Shown here piece after piece: positions 17,924 through 27,059 of a DNA stretch of 44,257 nt; the stretch's first letter is position 1; the number at the start of each line of letters is the position of its first letter. The notes under the pieces are model-generated. The model saw only the letters and a list, made by a program, of their open reading frames with translations. It did not search any database and was not told the origin of the DNA. Both the position numbers and the translations under genes were made by a program. The DNA is from a virus (Duplodnaviria > Caudoviricetes), in the IMG/VR virus record IMGVR_UViG_3300016484_000460, positions 1 to 44,257 of that record. One strand, written 5' to 3'.

Positions 17924-18328
17924 TCAGGCGGCCTTCTTGTCGTCGATGAACGAGTTGAGCGAGTAGCTCTTGAACTCGCCCGCGTCGTCACCGCCCGCGG
18001 CGCCGGTGGCGCCCGGCACCACCGCAGCGGCGCCGGTGTTGGCGGCCAGCAGCTCCTTGCAGCGCTTCAAGCCCATGGCCTTGAAGTCGTCGGCGGTCAG
18101 GCCCGCCTTGCTGTTGGTGGCCAGCTTGGTGGCGGCGGCGTCCAGCTCGGCGCGCTCGGCGTTCTGGGCGTTGGCCTCGAACTCGGCGAGCTTGCTGTTC
18201 GCGGCGACCAGCTTGGTCTCGGCGGGCTGCGCCGCCAGCTTGTTGTAGGCGGCCAGGAGCGCGGCGTCGTCCAGGCCTTCGGTGGTGATGCCGGCAGCAT
18301 TCAGCGCGGCGAGGATGAGCGGTTTCAC
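17924..18328 (-). CDS. Nested in-frame scaffold protein (134 aa, start GTG, VKPLILAALNAAG...)
   Basis: GGAG SD 8 nt upstream of in-frame GTG; Ala/Lys/Glu helical sequence; promoter motif ~80 nt upstream. Confidence 0.55.
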   Translation of the reverse strand: MKPLILAALNAAGITTEGLDDAALLAAYNKLAAQPAETKLVAANSKLAEFEANAQNAERAELDAAATKLATNSKAGLTADDFKAMGLKRCKELLAANTGAAAVVPGATGAAGGDDAGEFKSYSLNSFIDDKKAA

Positions 18329-19270
18329 GGGGTCGTGCTCCAGGCGTTGGTGGTTGTTGACGTCTTCGTAGCTGACCTTGCGGGTCACCTCGACAGCGGT
18401 CCCGGACCATGCTACGGAGCCATCCGAGCCGACCGTGTAGTCCTGGCGGAACAGCTTCCCGTTGCCGTCGGTCCACACGGCGTAGCGGTCGAAGACCTCC
18501 CGCAGCCACGCGCCGCCGGTCAGGCCCTTGTAGAGCTGCTCGGTGATCGCGTCGAAGCTCAGGTCGTCGTCGCTGTTGCCCAGTAGGCGGCGCAGATGCT
18601 GGCGGGCCCTGGCCAGCAGGCCCTCGGCGCGGCGGTCTTCCGGGGTCGTGCTGGCGTTGACCGCCTCGATCTCAGCCTCGGAGCCGTCGGCGTTCACGAA
18701 CATGCCCACGCCGTCGGCTGGCGTGCCGGCTCCAGGCTCATGCAGCAAGAACGCGAGGTGGTCGTACTGCAGGTTGGTGGCGATGCGGCTGTACTTCTTC
18801 CCGCGGCTCTCGCCGTTGGCGGTGATCGCCTGCACCAGCACGCCGGTGCTGACATGGATGGGCTCGGTGTTGTTGCCAGTGATCGCGGCGTCCAGGCGCT
18901 CGACCAGCTTGGCGCCGTCCGGGTGCGCCTTGGCCTGGGCCTCGTTGACCACCACGTCGACCAGCGTGCGGCCGGCGTCGTGGCGGGCGTTGCGGCAGAC
19001 GGCGCCGGCGTAGCTGGTCAGCAGGGCCTCGCCGTTCAGGGCGCTGATGTACCGGCCCTGGTTGTCCTTCGGGTGGCCAGCCGGAGCGGGGCGGCCTTCC
19101 AGCGATGCGGCGCCGGCGGCCAGCTGCTCGCCGGGGTACAGCATGCCGTTCATGACGATCTCGTCGACCGCGCCGCAGACATCGCGGACGGTGTACGTGC
19201 CGCCGGCCTTGCTGACGTTGGCCGCATTGACGACGGATCGGATGTGGACGCGATGGCGCTGGGTTGCCAT
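17924..19270 (-). CDS. Prohead protease/scaffold (DUF2213-like)
   Basis: Start MATQRH at 19270; DEIVMNG.LYP, PAGHP, IHVSTG, YDHLAFL..EPGAGTP.DGVGMFVN. Confidence 0.82.
   Translation of the reverse strand: MATQRHRVHIRSVVNAANVSKAGGTYTVRDVCGAVDEIVMNGMLYPGEQLAAGAASLEGRPAPAGHPKDNQGRYISALNGEALLTSYAGAVCRNARHDAGRTLVDVVVNEAQAKAHPDGAKLVERLDAAITGNNTEPIHVSTGVLVQAITANGESRGKKYSRIATNLQYDHLAFLLHEPGAGTPADGVGMFVNADGSEAEIEAVNASTTPEDRRAEGLLARARQHLRRLLGNSDDDLSFDAITEQLYKGLTGGAWLREVFDRYAVWTDGNGKLFRQDYTVGSDGSVAWSGTAVEVTRKVSYEDVNNHQRLEHDPVKPLILAALNAAGITTEGLDDAALLAAYNKLAAQPAETKLVAANSKLAEFEANAQNAERAELDAAATKLATNSKAGLTADDFKAMGLKRCKELLAANTGAAAVVPGATGAAGGDDAGEFKSYSLNSFIDDKKAA
18409..18419 (-). promoter_or_regulatory. Internal late-promoter motif (CTCCGTAGCAT)
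   Basis: Matches consensus; encoded with atypical GTA GCA codons inside the protease gene. Confidence 0.5.
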
Positions 19271-19301
19271 TGGCTGGCCTTCTGTGGTGGTGGTGCGCAG
19301 G

Positions 19302-19312
19302 ATGCTAGGAAG
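19302..19312 (-). promoter_or_regulatory. Late-promoter motif copy (CTTCCTAGCAT)
   Basis: Intergenic, 31 nt before protease ATG. Confidence 0.62.
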
Positions 19313-19336
19313 CGCCCGCGCCAGCACCTGGCCGCG

Positions 19337-20275
19337 TCACTTCTTCTGGGTCGCCTTCTTCCAGGTCTCCAGCTCCGCGCGCATCGAATCCTTCGCGCCC
19401 TGCGTCAGGATCGGCGCGCCCTTGTCGTCCAGCAGGCACTCGGTCGTGGCGCAGCGGCATCGGTAGCGGTTGCCGTTGACCGCGTAGAAGGCCCGCACCT
19501 CGGACGTGCTGTAGGCCTTGCCGTTGCGGCTGGCGTGCCATGGGCGCGTCGTCGGGATCAGGGCCGATGTCCACAGCAGCCCGATGTTCAGGCCCATGGT
19601 CTCGACGGCGTGGTCCGCCTCGGCCATCCGCGCCTGACGGAGCGTGTCGGTGATGTCGGTCTGGGCGTACTCCAGCGCCTTGGACCGGCTCACGTCCAGG
19701 CGGTCCATGATCTCGCGGCGCACCTCGCGGGGCGCCTTGCCGTCGACCACCGCCCTGCCGATGATCTGCGACAGCTCGCTGCGCATGCCGGCGGTGATGC
19801 CGGTCCAGTGCTCGTAGCTCTTGATCTGGGCCATGGCCACGCGGTTGCGATACGGCTGGCTGAACACCACGGTTTGCAGGCTGCGCGCTGCGGCATAGGC
19901 CGGCGACAGCTGCGTCAGATTGGCGACCGACTGCGCCGCGCCCAGCTGCATCGCCTCCGCCGGGTAGGGCTCCCACCACAGCACGTGCTTCACGTCGCGC
20001 TCGGCGCCGATCCATCGGTCAAGCGCATCTTGCAGGGCCCGCGAGGTCGCCGCGGCTTCGTCGGGTGTCAGGCTGTAGATCGTGCGCTCGGCCGGCCGAG
20101 CCGCGTCGTTCTGGCCGTAGATCGGGATGCGCTCGAAGATGGCCAGCACGTCGACCTGCAGGCCCGCCCAGCGCTTGCGGATCGCGGCACCAGCGCGGCG
20201 CAGGATGCCGGCGGCGCCGGTGCGGTCCTGGCGGTTGCCGGGGATGATCGGGTTGCGCACCCGCTGCGGCGTCAT
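19337..20275 (-). CDS. Minor head protein (Mu gpF / SPP1 gp7-like)
   Basis: YAQTDIT..LR.A, WTSAL.PTTRPWHASRNG, NRYRCRC motifs. Confidence 0.87.
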   Translation of the reverse strand: MTPQRVRNPIIPGNRQDRTGAAGILRRAGAAIRKRWAGLQVDVLAIFERIPIYGQNDAARPAERTIYSLTPDEAAATSRALQDALDRWIGAERDVKHVLWWEPYPAEAMQLGAAQSVANLTQLSPAYAAARSLQTVVFSQPYRNRVAMAQIKSYEHWTGITAGMRSELSQIIGRAVVDGKAPREVRREIMDRLDVSRSKALEYAQTDITDTLRQARMAEADHAVETMGLNIGLLWTSALIPTTRPWHASRNGKAYSTSEVRAFYAVNGNRYRCRCATTECLLDDKGAPILTQGAKDSMRAELETWKKATQKK

Positions 20276-21675
20276 GCTGCAGGCGGGGGCGGTGCGCTCG
20301 GGTCAGGCGGCGCAATCGCGCCGGTCGGCGGGTCTGCTGGGTCACCTTCTTCCGGCATGCCGTCGTCGGCGCGTTCCTCGAAGCCCATGACGCCGCGCAG
20401 CTCGTTGGCGTCGAACAGTGGCTCGGTCAGGCCGGCGGAGAAGGCCTGCTGCATGGCGGCGGTCAGCTTGCCCAGGATGGTCGCCTTGGCATCGTCGCCC
20501 GGCGCGTCCAGCGGCGGCCACTCGATCTCGAAGTCGCCAGCCTCGAACCAGCCACCAGCCTGGCCGCGCCGGACGAACTCCTCCAGCATGGGCGTCAGCT
20601 CGTTCTGCTGTCGGCTGGCGCACCGGGCAACCCAGTCTTCTTGATCCTGGTCGCTGGCCAGGCGACCGGTCTGCTGTCCGAAGAGGATGGTCGCCGGGAT
20701 CTGCACGCTGGCCGCGAAGTCGTTGGCGGCCACCGCCCAGGCATGCTCGGGGCTGACCATCGTGGTCTGCAGCGGCTTGGCCTCTGCCCCCTGGGTCACC
20801 AGCACCGTGTCGATGCTGCGGTTCATGGCGTCGACCTGCTCGCCGAGCACCTGCCGGACCGACTTGCCGCTGGGTGAGCCATCCGGGTTGCTGGTGATCA
20901 CCTGCGGGCTGGCATCCGCCGAGAAGTTGATGTTCAGGTTGCGGCTGGCATTCTTCAGGAAGCCCTCGCCGCTGCCGCCGCGCACCTTCTCCAGGTCGAC
21001 CAGCGCGTTGAAGCCGGCGCGCAGCAGCGGCACGCCGTCGAGGAAGTCGCCGCCTGCCGCCCCCTCGGCCAGGATCTGCACCCGGCTGGGGTGCACATCG
21101 GCCCACTCGTCTGGCTTGCCCTGCTGGTCACCCTGGTTGCTCAGCGCGCGGCGGCGGTACTGCCACATGGCGGGCTTGCCGAAGCTCTCGGCGTCCGACT
21201 CGTCGGTATGCCAGCGCATCACCCGCAGCTGATCCTCGAAGAGCGGGATGATGTCCACCAGCTGGGCCGCTCTGCCCATCGGCTCGCTCAGCCGCTTGCC
21301 ATCGGCGACCCGGTAGATCAGGCCGGCGTACCTGCCCACCATGTTGCGGCGGTCGAAGTCGCGCAGCTTCTGCCAGGCCATGATGCGCTTGAGCGCGGCC
21401 GTGATCTTCTTCTCCCAGGGCGTGTCTTTGTCGGCGCCGGGCCGCTTGATGCGTGGTGCGCGCTCCCAGCACTTGTCCAGCAGGCGGTGCACCGCACCGA
21501 AGCCGGCGCCGCCGCGGGAATAGGCGCGATAGAAGTGCTCGAAGCCGAGCGTCTCGGTGTAGCCGTACTGCTGCCAGGCGGTGGGCCGCTTCGCATCCAG
21601 CCCCATGCCGGCCAGCAGGCCCATCCGCGCGGCAAGGATGGTCGAGAGGTCGTCTGCGTTGATGGCGAGTTGCAT
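20272..21675 (-). CDS. Portal protein (DUF1073-like)
   Basis: 467 aa after TerL; LDAKR..AW.QYGY, DLEKV.GGSGEGFLKNA, IP.TILFGQQTGRLASDQD. Confidence 0.87.
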   Translation of the reverse strand: MQLAINADDLSTILAARMGLLAGMGLDAKRPTAWQQYGYTETLGFEHFYRAYSRGGAGFGAVHRLLDKCWERAPRIKRPGADKDTPWEKKITAALKRIMAWQKLRDFDRRNMVGRYAGLIYRVADGKRLSEPMGRAAQLVDIIPLFEDQLRVMRWHTDESDAESFGKPAMWQYRRRALSNQGDQQGKPDEWADVHPSRVQILAEGAAGGDFLDGVPLLRAGFNALVDLEKVRGGSGEGFLKNASRNLNINFSADASPQVITSNPDGSPSGKSVRQVLGEQVDAMNRSIDTVLVTQGAEAKPLQTTMVSPEHAWAVAANDFAASVQIPATILFGQQTGRLASDQDQEDWVARCASRQQNELTPMLEEFVRRGQAGGWFEAGDFEIEWPPLDAPGDDAKATILGKLTAAMQQAFSAGLTEPLFDANELRGVMGFEERADDGMPEEGDPADPPTGAIAPPDPSAPPPPAA

Positions 21676-21682
21676 CCGGGCG

Positions 21683-21693
21683 ATGCTACGGAC
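21683..21693 (-). promoter_or_regulatory. Late-promoter motif copy (GTCCGTAGCAT), leaderless
   Basis: TAGCAT-N7-ATG(21675) in a 24-nt intergenic gap; no SD. Confidence 0.58.
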
Positions 21694-21699
21694 CGGGCG

Positions 21700-23124
21700 T
21701 CAGGTGAAGACGCCACCACCCTTGCCCAGCAGCGCGTCGAAGGCGCGTGATGACCCGTCGACCTGGTCGTCATAGGCGCCGTTCGGGAACATCTGCAGCT
21801 CCTCGGTGTAGGCCGTGTTCCAGGACGCGCGCAGCATCAGCACGTTGCCGGCGTTGACCTGAGAGGCAAAGCCTCGGGCGCGCACCACCTTGTCGCCGCT
21901 CTCGGTGCTGTGCACGACGTGGTGGCCGGCCAGCATGGTCACCAGCGCCTTGACCTGGCTCTTTCCGGCCTGGCCCGGGTCCTGCGGAAGCGACTGCTTC
22001 ACGCGCCCCATGCCGTCGGCCGCCGCGGTGTTCTTGATCAGCGCATCCCGCTTGGCTGTGCCGTACTGCTCGCGCACCACGTCGACCACGATGAACCTGC
22101 CGTCGGCCAGCTTGCCGATCTTCGGGCCGGCGGTGTAGTCCCCCGCCCCCTCGGTGGCGGCCAGGTCCCAGCCTCGGGCCCACTGCACCACGCCGGCCGG
22201 GATGGCGTCGACGATCTCGATCTTGTCGACCTCGAACTCTCCGCCCTTCTTCGGGCTCGGCCGCTGCTGCAGCTGGCCGGCCGTGGCGTAGGCCCCCATG
22301 GTGCGCTTATCGCGCTCGACCACGGCGCGTGGGAAGCGGGCCGGGAACAGCAGCTCACCCTCCTCGCGCCGCGGGTCGACGAAGCCGATGCTGGTGGCCT
22401 TGCGCGGCCCCTCGTATTCCATCGGCAGGCACAGATGGTCATAGCCCAGCTGCTCGGCCAGGATCAGCCCGCTCACGTCCTTCTCGTGCAGCCGCTGCAT
22501 CACGATGATGATGGCGCTGCGCTCGGGCTCGTTCAGGCGTGTCGGCAACGTCTCGCGAAAGACCCGGTTGGCCTCGGCCAGTGCCGCCTCGCTGTGCGCA
22601 CCTTCGACGCTGTGCGGGTCGTCCCACAGCACCCGGTCGCCACGGCGACCTGTCATCGACCCGACCGGGCACGCCTGGCGCCACCCGGTCCTGTCGTTCT
22701 CGAAGTACTTCTTCGCGTTCTGGTCGCCGGCCATCTTGGTGGGCCACAGGCGCTGATACCAGTCGCTCTGCACCAGGCGGCGCATCTTCACGCTGTCGCG
22801 GATGGCCAGCCCCTCCTCGTGGCTGGCGCCGATGAAGCGCATCGACGGCATACCCTTCGGTCCCCACTCCCACGCCGGCCAGAACACCGCGCACGACATC
22901 GACTTCATGGTGCCGGGCGGGATGTTGATCAGCAACCGCGTGATCCGCCCGGAGGTGATCGCCTCAAGGTGCTCGGCAATGGCGTCCATGTGCCAGCCGT
23001 GCACGTAGGGCTGACCAGGCTCCAGCACCGACCAGGCGCGGCGCGTGAATGTGACCAGGCTGCGCCGGCAGGCCTCCCGCTCGATGCCCAGCCAGTCAGC
23101 GTCCGTCAGGTGCAAGGCGTGCAT
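21700..23124 (-). CDS. terL: Terminase large subunit
   Basis: INIPPGTMKS Walker A, TGRRGD, WDDP Walker B, IMQRLHEKD, WDLA, FPNGAYDDQVD nuclease motifs. Confidence 0.95.
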   Translation of the reverse strand: MHALHLTDADWLGIEREACRRSLVTFTRRAWSVLEPGQPYVHGWHMDAIAEHLEAITSGRITRLLINIPPGTMKSMSCAVFWPAWEWGPKGMPSMRFIGASHEEGLAIRDSVKMRRLVQSDWYQRLWPTKMAGDQNAKKYFENDRTGWRQACPVGSMTGRRGDRVLWDDPHSVEGAHSEAALAEANRVFRETLPTRLNEPERSAIIIVMQRLHEKDVSGLILAEQLGYDHLCLPMEYEGPRKATSIGFVDPRREEGELLFPARFPRAVVERDKRTMGAYATAGQLQQRPSPKKGGEFEVDKIEIVDAIPAGVVQWARGWDLAATEGAGDYTAGPKIGKLADGRFIVVDVVREQYGTAKRDALIKNTAAADGMGRVKQSLPQDPGQAGKSQVKALVTMLAGHHVVHSTESGDKVVRARGFASQVNAGNVLMLRASWNTAYTEELQMFPNGAYDDQVDGSSRAFDALLGKGGGVFT

Positions 23125-23569
23125 CCAGCAGGTCCTGCAGGGTCTGGGTCGACAGCTTGCTCGGGTCGATGGTGGCGGTAGACGACACCTCGATGGGCTT
23201 GCCGTCCTTGCCGGTTGTCTCGATGCGCACCGGGGCCTCGATGCCCAGTAACTTCGCGCGGCGCTCGCCGATCTTGAGCACGCGATCGACTGCGGCCACC
23301 TCGCCGCGCTTGGCCTTGACCCACAGCTTTTCAAGCATGCCGTCCAGTCGTGCGACCTCGGCCGCTCGCAGCTCATCAGTGCCGGCCGTGATGGCTTGGC
23401 GCGTCTGATCCATCGCGTCGCTGACCAGCTGGTGCGCGCGTGCTGTACTGATGCCCATCTTCTCGCCGATGCGCTGGTAGGACAGTCCAGCGCATCGCAG
23501 ATCCAAGGCTTGTTCTCGCGCCTTGGCGCCCTGCGCTCGACGGGAACTGTTCTTGTTTGTGGCGGCCAT
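23096..23569 (-). CDS. terS: Terminase small subunit
   Basis: N-terminal HTH (ALDLR.AGLSYQRIGEKMGIS), ERRAKLLG, ETTGKDGKPI; overlaps TerL start. Confidence 0.85.
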   Translation of the reverse strand: MAATNKNSSRRAQGAKAREQALDLRCAGLSYQRIGEKMGISTARAHQLVSDAMDQTRQAITAGTDELRAAEVARLDGMLEKLWVKAKRGEVAAVDRVLKIGERRAKLLGIEAPVRIETTGKDGKPIEVSSTATIDPSKLSTQTLQDLLDARLAPDGR

Positions 23570-23588
23570 GTTTCAACCCTCTATGTCT

Positions 23589-24131
23589 TCAATCACCGAC
23601 TGCCTCACCATCCCACGCCCGGACCTTCTTGCCTCGCGTCTTGGCGGCCTTGGCGGGCTTCGGTGGCCGCTGCTTTGCCCGGCGGGCTCGCTCGCGCTCG
23701 GCCCACTCTGCGGTCTCCTCCGGCCGCAGCCGCACCACCCGGACGCGGCCGGCCTCGCGCTCCACCCGGTACGACGGAGCCGGCGCGGTGCTGCCGGCGG
23801 CTGGCCTGGCGCGGGTGCGTGGCTCGGCGCGCGCTGCGGCGGCCATCGCCCAGATCGAAGGTGCGGCGCTGGTCTGCGGCGGCGGCTCATGCCCGGCCAC
23901 GATCCGATGGTGCTGCGGGAAGTCCCAGGCGGTGTCCTCATCGTCCAGCGGCTCGCCAGCGGCGGCGCCATTGAACTCGCGGGCCCAGAAGTCCAGCGCG
24001 AGCTGCTTGTGCCGGCGGCGCTTTGCCGAGGGGCCGCGACGGCGCGCGGTTGGGCTACGCGGAGCCTCCGGCAGCACCGACGGGATTGGCAGGTCGGCGA
24101 AGAGCATGGGCTGGCGCTCGTCCGTGGTCAT
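23589..24131 (-). CDS. Hypothetical basic protein
   Basis: Start MTTDERQ at 24131 (ATGA coupling); Arg/Pro-rich; last gene before terS. Confidence 0.5.
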   Translation of the reverse strand: MTTDERQPMLFADLPIPSVLPEAPRSPTARRRGPSAKRRRHKQLALDFWAREFNGAAAGEPLDDEDTAWDFPQHHRIVAGHEPPPQTSAAPSIWAMAAAARAEPRTRARPAAGSTAPAPSYRVEREAGRVRVVRLRPEETAEWAERERARRAKQRPPKPAKAAKTRGKKVRAWDGEAVGD

Positions 24132-24352
24132 CCCGGCGGAGGGTTTCGCGCCCTCCACAGCGCATTCATGGTCGCCCGCAGCCGATCCGCCTCGGCCTTC
24201 CCGCGCCGCCGCTCGACCACCTCCAGATAGGCCCGGCGCTCGCCCAGCGTGGGTCGGTCGACGACCATCCTGGCCTCGGTCTCGTGCCGCCATTCCTCGC
24301 TCGCGCTGTCAACATTGCGGCCGTCGACCAGGGTGACGATCTGGCCGACCAT
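24128..24352 (-). CDS. Hypothetical phage protein (74 aa)
   Basis: SEEWRHETEAR...RRAYL..VE.RRG..A..L motif seen in lambdoid nin-region genes; TGATG coupling. Confidence 0.65.
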   Translation of the reverse strand: MVGQIVTLVDGRNVDSASEEWRHETEARMVVDRPTLGERRAYLEVVERRRGKAEADRLRATMNALWRARNPPPG

Positions 24353-24513
24353 CACTGCACCACCTTCTGTACGCGCCACACGCTGCCCAGCACGGCAACG
24401 CGGTCGTCGCGCTTCAGGTCGATCGGCAGTGGCAGCTCGTCGCGGCGCTTGGTGTCGTACACCAGCACCAGGGGCGAGTGGTTGCCGCGGCCGATCGGGA
24501 CGAGGTAGACCAT
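24352..24513 (-). CDS. Hypothetical protein (53 aa)
   Basis: MVYLVPIGRGNHSPL...; coupled at both ends. Confidence 0.55.
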   Translation of the reverse strand: MVYLVPIGRGNHSPLVLVYDTKRRDELPLPIDLKRDDRVAVLGSVWRVQKVVQ

Positions 24514-24983
24514 CACGCCGCCTGCTCCAGCTGCAGCTGCGCCACCGCACGCCGCGGCATGGCCCTGATCGCCAGCTCGACGCGGGCGCCGCGCTCGTCG
24601 GGCTCCATGCGCTCCTTGTGCTGGCGCCAGATCCATCCGTCGTCAACGTAGACGATGCCCTGCAGGGCATCGGCCAGGACCTTCTCGGCATTGCCAAGAT
24701 CCATGCACCGCACATCGTCATCCCAGCCGGCCGGGTTGCGGCGGGCCCGCTTCGCCCAGTCCTGCGGCCTGGCCGGGTACAGCCGCAGCCACATCTCGAC
24801 CCGGCACGCCATCGGCTGAGCCACGCCGGCAGCAGTGGCCACGCCTCGGACCTGGGCGCGAAAGGCCTCAGCCTCCGGCGTCACGTAGGTCATGGCCCGG
24901 GCCGGCCCGCCCTTCGGCTTCACGACGCGGGTCGCCCAGTACCTGTTGGCGCTGATCGGGTAGGGCAGGACCAGGTGGATCAT
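24513..24983 (-). CDS. rusA: RusA-family Holliday junction resolvase
   Basis: LPYPISANRYW, DLGNAEKVLADALQG.VYVDD. Confidence 0.9.
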   Translation of the reverse strand: MIHLVLPYPISANRYWATRVVKPKGGPARAMTYVTPEAEAFRAQVRGVATAAGVAQPMACRVEMWLRLYPARPQDWAKRARRNPAGWDDDVRCMDLGNAEKVLADALQGIVYVDDGWIWRQHKERMEPDERGARVELAIRAMPRRAVAQLQLEQAA

Positions 24984-25507
24984 CGCGACGCCCCCAGGCT
25001 GAACACGCTGGCCGCCGGCGCCGCTTGCCGCCAGGCCTCGCCGCGGCGGATGCGGTGCACATGCGACTGGTCCATGCCGATGCGAGCCCCGATGGTCGCT
25101 GCGCTTTCGTCGCTCGCGATGATCTCGGCGCGCAGCTCAGCGCTGTAGAGCGACCCCTCCCGGGCACGATGGGCCTCGGCGATGCGCGCCCGGTGCAGCG
25201 GGTCCAGCGTCGGCCGCAGGATGCGCATCAGGTCGGCGCGGGTGCCGATGAAGCGGTGCGCGGGGTTGCAGCAGCCGGTGTGACCGCAACGCGGAACCCA
25301 GCGCTGGCCATCCTGCAGCGGCTTGCCCATGAGGTGCTTCAGCGCCTTCGGCAACGCAACCGGCGAGCCCAGCTCCGGCAGCCACACGGTGTAGGTGCCC
25401 TTGCGCCTGCAGGCGTCGATGACCATGCAGCCGGTCTCCTCGTCCACTCGGCAGCGGTCCAGCAGGTCCTGCAGCGTGCGGATGCCGCCGGTGTTCGCGG
25501 GCTTCAT
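24980..25507 (-). CDS. HNH-like / HTH protein
   Basis: RCRVDEETGC, CGHTGCCNPAH, and C-terminal HTH (SAATIGARIGMDQSHVHRIRRGEAW). Confidence 0.7.
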   Translation of the reverse strand: MKPANTGGIRTLQDLLDRCRVDEETGCMVIDACRRKGTYTVWLPELGSPVALPKALKHLMGKPLQDGQRWVPRCGHTGCCNPAHRFIGTRADLMRILRPTLDPLHRARIAEAHRAREGSLYSAELRAEIIASDESAATIGARIGMDQSHVHRIRRGEAWRQAAPAASVFSLGASR

Positions 25508-26046
25508 GCCACCACCTCGCCCGCGTCAATGGGGGCCGGAAACTGCGCGGCCGGCCCGGGCCGCTCGATCGGCAGCACGACCACCTCTTCGCCCTGATCC
25601 CGCAGCACCTGCCGCCACGCATCGCGCTGGAACTGCGTCATCGTCTGCCCGCTCGGCAGCCGGCCGCCGCGCTCCTGCTCGCACCAGCGCAGGCGCTTCG
25701 CCCAGCCGGTCGGGTCTTTCGCCTGGGCCAGCCGCGACAGGGCTTTCGCCATGCGCTGCGGGTCGTGCCGCGGGTGCTCGACCGGGCCGGGCGACCGGTT
25801 CGCGTTGCACCATGCCCGCTCGGTCTCCGCGTCCTGCTGCTCCTGGGTGACCTGCGGCCAGAGGTGGCGGCCGACCCAGGCATGCGCGCTGCACAGCCGC
25901 CCGTTGCCGGCGTCGACGGCCCAGCGGTTCGGGCAGCCCATGGCGCCGCACATCAGCGCGCGGTCCGCGGTGGCCTCGTCGGCGATGCGCTCGTCGCGGC
26001 TGCGGCGGGGCAGCTGGCGCACGTTGTCGGTGGCGTCGTCGCTCAT
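25504..26046 (-). CDS. Hypothetical replication-region protein with Cys/His cluster
   Basis: Start MSDDATDN; CGAMGC...LCSAH; DPTGWAKRL...FQRDAWR; follows initiator (lambda P position). Confidence 0.65.
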   Translation of the reverse strand: MSDDATDNVRQLPRRSRDERIADEATADRALMCGAMGCPNRWAVDAGNGRLCSAHAWVGRHLWPQVTQEQQDAETERAWCNANRSPGPVEHPRHDPQRMAKALSRLAQAKDPTGWAKRLRWCEQERGGRLPSGQTMTQFQRDAWRQVLRDQGEEVVVLPIERPGPAAQFPAPIDAGEVVA

Positions 26047-27059
26047 GCGGTGGCTCCGGTGTTGGCGGCCTGCCAGGCGTCGACGACGCGGCGGCGGTAG
26101 GCGGGCCAGCTGTTGGCGTGGCCGGTGGCGCGGTTCAGCTCCTCGAACGGCTCCAGGCCCAGGCGCAGGGCGGTCGCGATGACCTGGCTTCGGCTGTCGG
26201 CCCAGGCCATGGGGTCGGCCGCCGCTGGCGCTGCGACCTGGCCCCGGCTGGCGGCCTCGGTCCGTCGCCGGTCGACGGTGGCCAGCACGTAGGCGAACCG
26301 GGCCTTGCCCTTGGCCGCGCACTCGGCAGCCGTGGCGCCGATCTCCTCCGGCGTCACCCCGGCGGCAAGCAGCCGCAGCAGGTCGGGGTGGGCCGTGTTG
26401 ACGTCGTGGACGTTGGCGCCACGGCAGGCCAGGCAGGCACGGCCAGCGAGGCTGGGCGATGGTGGGGGGTCGTCGTCGGGCTCTGCCCTGGGGTCGGGCG
26501 GAAGCTGCGGCCCGGGCGCGACGGTCTCCCTTAGTTCTCCGTCCTCTCTTAATCGTCCCGTCCCGTCCCGTCCCGTCCCGTCAGCCGGGACAGAACCGTC
26601 CCGTCCCGGTTCCTGGCCGGTCTTGTCCACCGGGACAGAACCGTCCCGTCCCGGTTCTTCACCCGCCTGTTTGCGGCGCCATGCGGCCTTCTTCTGGCGC
26701 TCCTTGACCCGCTTGTCCCAGGCCACGGCGACCTGCTCGCACAGCACGCGGTGGTAAAGCCTTCCGTCGCTGCAGCGCTCGAATCCGTGCAGGGCGCGGG
26801 CCTTGACCTTCTTCCATCCCTTGATGTCGCGACCCAGCTCGGCAAGCCGGCACAGGATCACGTCGTCATCAGGGAGGCTGCCGGCCGGAACCTGCTGCCA
26901 GGCGGCCCACCACAGCGTCAGCGCTGCGCGCCACTCGGCATCCGTGGCGCGGGCGTGGAAGTCGGAGCCGAACAGCCGCGCCCCAAGAAGCGGCATGTAC
27001 TCCAGGCCGCGCAGGTCGACCTCGGCGGGCACCAGTGGCGCGGGCAATGTGTCGCTCAT
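26043..27059 (-). CDS. Replication initiator (DUF1376/YdaU-like)
   Basis: VDLRGLEYMPL, LWWAAWQQVPAGSLPDDD..L..LA, CSDGRLYH; internal iterons. Confidence 0.85.
   Translation of the reverse strand: MSDTLPAPLVPAEVDLRGLEYMPLLGARLFGSDFHARATDAEWRAALTLWWAAWQQVPAGSLPDDDVILCRLAELGRDIKGWKKVKARALHGFERCSDGRLYHRVLCEQVAVAWDKRVKERQKKAAWRRKQAGEEPGRDGSVPVDKTGQEPGRDGSVPADGTGRDGTGRLREDGELRETVAPGPQLPPDPRAEPDDDPPPSPSLAGRACLACRGANVHDVNTAHPDLLRLLAAGVTPEEIGATAAECAAKGKARFAYVLATVDRRRTEAASRGQVAAPAAADPMAWADSRSQVIATALRLGLEPFEELNRATGHANSWPAYRRRVVDAWQAANTGATA
26555..26657. repeat. Iterons / probable replication origin
   Basis: (GTCCC)x5 at 26555-26579; 28-bp direct repeat CCGGGACAGAACCGTCCCGTCCCGGTTC at 26585-26612 and 26630-26657; relatively AT-rich stretch adjacent. 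Confidence 0.75.

Noticed and set aside
26555-26657. CRISPR-like array
   Set aside because: Only two 28-bp copies plus a pentamer run, inside the initiator gene; explained as iterons
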